Below, in pieces: positions 57,889 to 64,000 of a DNA stretch of 64,000 nucleotides; positions within the stretch are counted from its first letter, which is position 1; the number at the start of each line of letters is the position of its first letter. The position numbers and the translations under genes were made by a program. A model generated the notes under the pieces. It did no database searches, was not told the origin of the DNA, and worked only from the letters and a program-made list of their open reading frames with translations. The stretch is from a virus, in the IMG/VR virus record IMGVR_UViG_3300007735_000779, positions 3,334 to 67,333 of that record; one strand, written 5' to 3'.

Positions 57889-58939
57889 GGCAGTCGTTCT
57901 GAATGATACTCATTTTGGTTTCAAGGGCGATTCTACCATAGTCAATGAATACTTTATAAAGTTCTTTGAGGAACAGTTGTTTCCTTATATTGAAGAGAAC
58001 AAGATTCAATATGTATTTCACCTTGGTGATTTCTTTGACCGCCGAAAATACATCAACTTTCGTACACTAAACCAGGTTCGCGAAAGAATTTTAAATGTAT
58101 TTGATAAGTTAGGAACGGAAAATCATATCATTTGCGGAAACCATGATACCTTTTTTCGAAACAACAATTCTTTAAATTCGCTTAACGAACTTCTTGGGAA
58201 GCACAACAACTGGAACATATATTCCGAGCCATCGGTTTTGAACTTTGGCCCCAATAAAGAATATTGCGTTGCACTTCTTCCTTGGATAAACTCCGAGAAC
58301 GAAGAGCAAGCCGCAGAGTTCATTAGGGATGTTCCTTGTTCTGTTCTGCTCGGTCACCTTGAATTGGCCGGATTCCAGAGCATCAGAGGCGTCTTTATAG
58401 ACGCAGGGTATGATCCCAATCAGTTTGCAAAGTTTGAATACGTCCTTACTGGACATTATCACGTTTCCTCCAAGCGAGACAACATTCATTATCTGGGCAC
58501 CCAATACCAAATGGCATTCTCCGATGTGTGGGAGAAAAAGGGATTCCATGTATTTGACTTTGCCACAAGAGAACTTCAATTCATAGAGAATCCAAGGAAG
58601 TTGTTCTTCACTTTGGACTATAACGAAGATCAAGATCTTAAGATCAATCCAGAAGAATACAAAGATACATTTGTGAAGATCTTCATAAAGAAGAAGACCA
58701 AACCCGCAAAGTTTGAAAAATTCATAGATCAGTTCTACAATGCAGGTGTTGCTGAATTGGCAATAGCAGAAGAGCCAATCCAAGAAAAGACGGATTTGGA
58801 TATTGACATTGAAAAGGACACTCTGCAGTTGCTATATGAAGAGGCAAATGCCCTTACAGAAAACCTTGACAAAAACTTTTTACACGATATAATTACTACC
58901 ACATACCAAAATGCTTTGGCTGGTGATTTAGATGATTGA
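57881..58939 (+). CDS. 47: Recombination nuclease gp47 (Mre11-like)
   Basis: DTHFG, HLGDFFDRR, GNHD, GHLEL, TGHYH. Confidence 0.95.
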   Translation: MCKAVVLNDTHFGFKGDSTIVNEYFIKFFEEQLFPYIEENKIQYVFHLGDFFDRRKYINFRTLNQVRERILNVFDKLGTENHIICGNHDTFFRNNNSLNSLNELLGKHNNWNIYSEPSVLNFGPNKEYCVALLPWINSENEEQAAEFIRDVPCSVLLGHLELAGFQSIRGVFIDAGYDPNQFAKFEYVLTGHYHVSSKRDNIHYLGTQYQMAFSDVWEKKGFHVFDFATRELQFIENPRKLFFTLDYNEDQDLKINPEEYKDTFVKIFIKKKTKPAKFEKFIDQFYNAGVAELAIAEEPIQEKTDLDIDIEKDTLQLLYEEANALTENLDKNFLHDIITTTYQNALAGDLDD

Positions 58940-60653
58940 ATTTAAAAAAGTAAGATTAAAGAACTTTGGTTCGTTTGGCAATAACTTCAGCGAGATTGAT
59001 CTGGACACAAAGAAACTTACCTTGGTCACGGGAGTGAATGGCCACGGAAAGTCTTTTGCATTTCTGGATTCGCTGACATTTGTTCTATTTGGCAAACCGT
59101 TCAGGCCGATTAACATCCCCCAACTTGTCAATAGCGTCAATTCAAAGAACTGTGTCGTAGAGATTGAGTTCAACAAGGGAAAGAATTCCTACTTGGTTCG
59201 CCGTGGCTTGGGTCCAAAGATATTTGAGATCTTTAAAGACGGCAAACTGATTGACCAGAATGCGAAGTCCAAGGACTACCAAGAGATGCTTGAGCAGAGC
59301 ATTCTTGGCTTCAGTTATGCTGCATTCAAACAAGTTGTAATTCTGGGCAAAAGTTCATTTATACCATTCATGCAACTTACGCCAGCAGAAAGAAGAAAGA
59401 TCATTGAAGGTCTTTTGGATCTTGACATAATTGCGGCTATGGGATCCGTGGTCAAGTGCAAGCTTTCTGATCTAAAGACCGAACTTCATACAAATGAAAG
59501 TTTACTCAAGATTGCTAAGGAAAAGCTCAAGTCACAGAATGAGATCCTAAAGGAAGTCAAGCAAAATTATATTGATCTTGTTGATAAAAACAATAAGAAA
59601 AAAGAAGAACTTATTGGCAAGGAAAAGGAAATTGCAGATCAATATAAAGAAAAAACTGATGCTGTTCAATCGGTAAAAACTAAAATTTTATCAATTGAAA
59701 AGGAAATTCAAAAATTAAAAAATATTGTTGCCATTGAAAACAAAATGCGTGTACAATATGAAACTCTTTCCGAAGAAATTGCAAATACGGAAGCACAACA
59801 GTCCTGTACATGCTGTGGCCAGGATTTGTCTGAATCCGCTAAATGTAAGATCCTCGGGGATAAATATACTAAGCGTGATGAATTTTTAACAGCGTTGGAC
59901 GAGATCGCTATAAAGGTAAAGGACCTTACGGAGATAGAATCCAAGCGAGACGAACTGCAGTCAGCGCTGAAACGGGAAACCGTTGATCAAAGTGTTCTTC
60001 AAAAAGAAAAACAAATCCTCCAGAATCGAATTGAAGAGATAACAGAGGAAGTGGAAGAATTGGAGAAGAAGCACTTGGATAATAATGAAATCTATGATAG
60101 AATTAAAATCACAGAGCAAGATATCCGAGATAAGACGGAGATTTTTGAAAAAGCAGTCAAGGAGCAGATTCATTATGATGTTGTTTATGATCTCCTGCGT
60201 GATAGTGGCCTAAAGAGCAAGATCATCAAGCACTATGTGCCCATCATCAATAACTACGTCAACAAGTATCTGGAAAAGTTGAATCTCTATGTTGATTTCA
60301 ATTTAAATGAAGAATTCAAGGAAACAATCAAATCTCGCTATAGAGATGAGTTCTCTTATTCTTCCTTCTCAGAAGGCGAGAAGCAAAGAATTGATTTGGC
60401 CATTCTTCTCACATGGAGAGAGATTGCCAAGATGAAGAACAGCCTAAACTGCAATCTGCTCATCTTTGACGAGATCCTAGACTCCTCATTGGATGGAACA
60501 GGAACAGAGACATTCCTCAAGATGCTTTCAAAGATGAAATCTAAATGTTCGGTTTTTATTATATCACACAAAAGTGATCAATTGATTGATAAATTTGACC
60601 AAGGAATTCAAGTAGAAAAGAAAAACAACTTTTCAAAGATTAAAAATGTTTAA
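58932..60653 (+). CDS. 46: Recombination ATPase gp46 (Rad50-like)
   Basis: GVNGHGKS, CTCCGQ zinc hook, FSEGEKQRID, DEILDSSLD, ISH. Confidence 0.95.
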   Translation: MIEFKKVRLKNFGSFGNNFSEIDLDTKKLTLVTGVNGHGKSFAFLDSLTFVLFGKPFRPINIPQLVNSVNSKNCVVEIEFNKGKNSYLVRRGLGPKIFEIFKDGKLIDQNAKSKDYQEMLEQSILGFSYAAFKQVVILGKSSFIPFMQLTPAERRKIIEGLLDLDIIAAMGSVVKCKLSDLKTELHTNESLLKIAKEKLKSQNEILKEVKQNYIDLVDKNNKKKEELIGKEKEIADQYKEKTDAVQSVKTKILSIEKEIQKLKNIVAIENKMRVQYETLSEEIANTEAQQSCTCCGQDLSESAKCKILGDKYTKRDEFLTALDEIAIKVKDLTEIESKRDELQSALKRETVDQSVLQKEKQILQNRIEEITEEVEELEKKHLDNNEIYDRIKITEQDIRDKTEIFEKAVKEQIHYDVVYDLLRDSGLKSKIIKHYVPIINNYVNKYLEKLNLYVDFNLNEEFKETIKSRYRDEFSYSSFSEGEKQRIDLAILLTWREIAKMKNSLNCNLLIFDEILDSSLDGTGTETFLKMLSKMKSKCSVFIISHKSDQLIDKFDQGIQVEKKNNFSKIKNV

Positions 60654-60665
60654 CGGTATGAGACT

Positions 60666-60851
60666 ATGAACGAAGAAAATTTTCAAAAGTTTACTAACAA
60701 GTCAAAAAACAATAAGTTTCGTGGAGCCAATGGACGCAAGCGCAACAAGAGAGAAACGCGCAATGCTAGGTACACAGGAAAACAGATAATTAATGACTTG
60801 ATTAATGACGGTGACTCCGGGTATAATAGGCAAAATGATGACAAAAACTAA
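60666..60851 (+). CDS. Small basic hypothetical protein
   Basis: K/R/N-rich ORF between gp46 and gp45. Confidence 0.5.
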   Translation: MNEENFQKFTNKSKNNKFRGANGRKRNKRETRNARYTGKQIINDLINDGDSGYNRQNDDKN

Positions 60852-61500
60852 AATGAAACTGTCGCGCAACACACTGAACATTCTCAAGAATCTGGCTTCC
60901 ATCAATTCCAATCTGCTGATCAAGCCGGGTAACGTGATCAAGACAAAGTCTCCCAGCAACTGTGTTTTTGTTGAGGCCAAGGTAGATGAGGATTTCCCCG
61001 TTGAAGTCGCTATCTGGGATCTTGGACAACTTCTTGGCGTTGTGAGCCTGTTCAACGAGCCGGAGTTTGAGTTTGACGATAACTTTGTAAACATCCAGTC
61101 AAACAACTCATCGGTCAAATACATGTATTCCGCACCATCTCTTCTTACGGTGCCAACGAAGAATCTAACCATGCCTGAGGTCAAGTATGAGTTTGAACTT
61201 ACACAGGACACATTCCAAGAGATTTCCAAGGCTGCTTCTGTTCTTCAGGTAAGCGACCTTGAAATTCGTGGTGAAGACGGAGTTGTAAGACTGATTGTTT
61301 CCAAGAAGAGCGATCCAACCAGCAATGCATATAGCGTTGAAGTCGGAGAGACGGATGGAGAGTTCTCCTATTCATTGGACATGGCTAATCTGCGTCTTCT
61401 TCCGGGTGACTACATGGTGTCTCTCACTGATACCGTCGTTAGCCGATTCTCACATAACACCATGAGTCTCAACTACTACATCGCCGTAGAGAAGAACTAA
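60835..61500 (+). CDS. 45: Sliding clamp gp45
   Basis: MKLS..TL.ILKN.ASIN, FP....IWDL..LL, LLPGDY.V, YYIAVE. Confidence 0.93.
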   Translation: MMTKTKMKLSRNTLNILKNLASINSNLLIKPGNVIKTKSPSNCVFVEAKVDEDFPVEVAIWDLGQLLGVVSLFNEPEFEFDDNFVNIQSNNSSVKYMYSAPSLLTVPTKNLTMPEVKYEFELTQDTFQEISKAASVLQVSDLEIRGEDGVVRLIVSKKSDPTSNAYSVEVGETDGEFSYSLDMANLRLLPGDYMVSLTDTVVSRFSHNTMSLNYYIAVEKN

Positions 61501-62447
61501 TGACCACAGACATCAATGATTTGATCTGGGTCGAAAAGTATCGACCCAAGAAGATATCTGATTGCATTCTCTCAAATGATCTCAAAAAGACATTTGAGGG
61601 AATTGTCCAAACGGGAAAGATGCCAAATCTTATGCTTTCCGGTAAACCCGGTACAGGCAAGACCACGGTAGCCCGGGCTCTATGCAACGAGTTGGACATG
61701 GATTATATCATAATTAACTGCTCCGAGCAAAATGGTATTGATACTCTCCGTACCACAATTCGTTCGTTTGCATCTACCAAGTCTTTGACTGGCAACAAAA
61801 AGGCCATCATCTTGGACGAGTTTGATTATGCAAATCCACAGTCTATGCAACCCGCTCTGCGAGGAGCAATGGAGGAGTTTGCTCCCAACTGCGGCTTCAT
61901 TCTTACCTGCAATTACAAGAGCAGAATCATCGACCCACTTCACAGTCGTTGCACTGTAATTGATTTTGTGTTCTCTCCCGACGAGAGAGAAACATTTGCA
62001 AAGAAGATGATGACCAGATGTTTCTCCATCTTGGATGCAGAGGGTATCAAGTATAGCGCACCTGTAATTGCCAATCTGATCATCAAGCACTTCCCGGATT
62101 TCAGGCGGGTAATCAATGAACTGCAGAGATATTCGTCTCATGGCGCCATAGATGTCGGAATCTTATCTCAGTCTGAAGATAGCAATATCAAGCAGATTAT
62201 ATCTTACATGAAGGCAAAGGACTTCGGGTCATGCCGGAAGTGGATCGCTACAAGCGCAGAGACAGGATCTCCTGACTTTTTCCGCAAACTTTATGATGGT
62301 CTATATCTGGTTTTGAAGAAGTCTTCGGTACCATCCATGGTCTTGATTGTAGCGGATTACCAATACAAATCGGCTTTTGTAGCAGACCAAGAGATTAATT
62401 GCATGGCCATGATTTGCCAACTAATGATGGAATGTGAGTTTGAGTAA
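61500..62447 (+). CDS. 44: Clamp loader large subunit gp44
   Basis: WVEKYRP, GKPGTGKTT, ILDEFD, PLHSRC, FPDFRR. Confidence 0.96.
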   Translation: MTTDINDLIWVEKYRPKKISDCILSNDLKKTFEGIVQTGKMPNLMLSGKPGTGKTTVARALCNELDMDYIIINCSEQNGIDTLRTTIRSFASTKSLTGNKKAIILDEFDYANPQSMQPALRGAMEEFAPNCGFILTCNYKSRIIDPLHSRCTVIDFVFSPDERETFAKKMMTRCFSILDAEGIKYSAPVIANLIIKHFPDFRRVINELQRYSSHGAIDVGILSQSEDSNIKQIISYMKAKDFGSCRKWIATSAETGSPDFFRKLYDGLYLVLKKSSVPSMVLIVADYQYKSAFVADQEINCMAMICQLMMECEFE

Positions 62448-62827
62448 TGCAATTAAAAGATTTCTTAAATAGCATTAATGCCAGCAAAGAAAACCTGATG
62501 GATACAGACTCAAAGGTGGAGAGACTGTATCCATCCTTTGTTGTTAATAAGTGCCTATCTTATTTTCCAGATACTCTTTTGGCGGTCAACCAAATCAATG
62601 CTATTTGCCATGCCGACAAGAAGATGCAATATGATTATCTGATGAATTCCATTCGACCAAAGAAGCGTTTTGCTCCTTGGGGAAAGAAGATCGAAGACCA
62701 AGACGTAGAACTAGTCATGCAAGCTTTCAAGGTTTCAGAGAGAAAAGCCCTAGAAATGGTGAACCTTCTGACACCGGAAAAACTGGAAATAATTAGACAA
62801 TCTCAATATACTGGTGGGCATAAATAA
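62447..62827 (+). CDS. 62: Clamp loader small subunit gp62
   Basis: LKDFLNSIN, FVVNKCLSYFPD, MQYDY..NSIRPKKRF..W.K. Confidence 0.92.
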   Translation: MQLKDFLNSINASKENLMDTDSKVERLYPSFVVNKCLSYFPDTLLAVNQINAICHADKKMQYDYLMNSIRPKKRFAPWGKKIEDQDVELVMQAFKVSERKALEMVNLLTPEKLEIIRQSQYTGGHK

Positions 62828-62848
62828 TAATGCTTGCTAGGAGTTGAT

Positions 62849-63271
62849 ATGTTTAATAACGATGAATTGTTTAAGGGCGTTGGTGTCCCGGTAAAACTAA
62901 AGAAAAAAGAAAATTACCTTGTAGTAAAAGAGACTTTGGAACGGATTGGTGTAAGTCCAAAGAACAAAAAAGTGCTATATCAGTCATGCCATATTCTTCA
63001 TAAGAATGAGAATTACATAATAGCACATTTTAAGGAACTTTTTAAACTGGATAATTTGCAATCGGATGTTACAGAGGAAGATACTTCCAGACGTAACACG
63101 GTTGTTAAACTTTTAGAAGACTGGGATTTAATTGAAGTTTTGGACCAATCCAAGATTGAAAAAAAGATGCCAATCAACGGCTTGAAGGTTCTTCGGTATG
63201 ACGAGCGAGATGACTGGGATCTTATACCAAAATTTAATACAGGAACATTAAGAAAGTTTTTTGCGGAGTAA
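62849..63271 (+). CDS. regA: Translational repressor RegA
   Basis: VKETLERIGV, LYQSCHILHK, HFKELF.LD, RRN....LL.DW. Confidence 0.95.
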   Translation: MFNNDELFKGVGVPVKLKKKENYLVVKETLERIGVSPKNKKVLYQSCHILHKNENYIIAHFKELFKLDNLQSDVTEEDTSRRNTVVKLLEDWDLIEVLDQSKIEKKMPINGLKVLRYDERDDWDLIPKFNTGTLRKFFAE

Positions 63272-63273
63272 AT

Positions 63274-64000
63274 ATGAAGAAATTGACATTGTGCATGATC
63301 GTAAAGAACGAATCGCATATCGTAAAGGAATGCATTCAATCCGTTGCTAAGTTCATTGATTATTATATAATCTGTGACACCGGATCTACCGATAATACCA
63401 AGGAAATCATTAAAGAGTATTTTGATTCACAGAATATTCCTGGAGAAATCCATGATGACCAATGGGAAAACTTTGGTGCAAACAGAACCAAGGCACTTGA
63501 CTATTGCCGTGGTAAGACTCAATGGGTAGTCATGATTGATGCTGACGATTACATCGAAGGCGATATGCCAACCGACTTTGACAATACCGTAGACGGTTAC
63601 AGTGTCAACATTCGTCGTGGTAACTTTGAATGGAAGCGCGTGCAGCTTTTTAATCTACACAAGCATTGGAAGTACGAAGAGCCAATCCACGAATATCCAA
63701 TATGCGAACTGCCCATGAATGTCAAGCACTTGGATGGAAACTATTCATTTCAGGTCCGAACTGCAGGATACAGAACCATTTCTTGTGCAACCCAGCAGGA
63801 AAAATATTGGAAGGATTATCTTCTCCTCAAGGAAGCGATTGAGAAAGATCCTACTTCGGTAAGAAAGCAGTTTTATCTGGCGCAGTCAGCATTTGACTCT
63901 CATAGATATGATCTTGCAGAAGAAGAATATCAGAAGCGGGTTGAGATGGGTGGATGGAGCGAAGAAGTCTTCTTCTCTCAGATGCGTGTAGCAATCTCAC
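63274..64000 (+). CDS. GT2 glycosyltransferase with a probable C-terminal TPR region (SunS-like), partial; absent from the ORF track
   Basis: Manual translation: MKKLTLCMIVKNESH, CDTGSTDNT, NFGANR, MIDADD, PIHE, FYLAQS. Confidence 0.8.
   Translation, partial: MKKLTLCMIVKNESHIVKECIQSVAKFIDYYIICDTGSTDNTKEIIKEYFDSQNIPGEIHDDQWENFGANRTKALDYCRGKTQWVVMIDADDYIEGDMPTDFDNTVDGYSVNIRRGNFEWKRVQLFNLHKHWKYEEPIHEYPICELPMNVKHLDGNYSFQVRTAGYRTISCATQQEKYWKDYLLLKEAIEKDPTSVRKQFYLAQSAFDSHRYDLAEEEYQKRVEMGGWSEEVFFSQMRVAIS

Noticed and set aside
58172-62141. Long antisense ORFs over gp47, gp45 and gp44
   Set aside because: Shadows of conserved replication genes.
1-64000. CRISPR arrays, introns/inteins, homing endonucleases, DGR or reverse transcriptase, stop-codon reassignment
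   Set aside because: No repeat-spacer arrays seen; core genes are uninterrupted and of normal length in the standard code; no RT, HNH, GIY-YIG or LAGLIDADG motifs noticed by eye.

Overview
A 64-kb segment of a large T4-like (Tevenvirinae-related, probably environmental) myophage genome. It holds the conserved core in recognisable T4 order: gp33-gp32; gp4/gp54/gp26/gp51; gp48-gp53-hub-gp25-gp6-gp7; gp13-gp23; gp3-uvsW-uvsY; gp55-gp47-gp46-gp45-gp44-gp62-regA. The left ~10 kb is accessory: a C5 DNA methyltransferase with a nested alternative-frame ORF, GMP reductase, a DenV-like protein, a deaminase, a SPOUT methyltransferase, tRNA-Gln and several putative internal head proteins. A 2050-aa Cys-rich RCC1-repeat protein follows. 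An AT-rich ~9.5-kb glycan-synthesis island sits between uvsY and gp55 (Gmd, ColD-like, Fcl/ColC, GT11, GT6, three GT25-like, FkbM, epimerase). Main hypotheses: (1) the phage glycosylates its virion with a colitose/ABO-like glycan, possibly on a G-x-T-[AG] motif scattered through the structural proteins; (2) a reduced baseplate is paired with capsid-targeted ejection-type proteins, one with a hendecad coiled coil like a microvirus pilot protein; (3) many transcripts are leaderless; (4) a 12-bp-period iteron-like array marks an origin. All calls come from reading motifs and synteny by eye; no searches were run.
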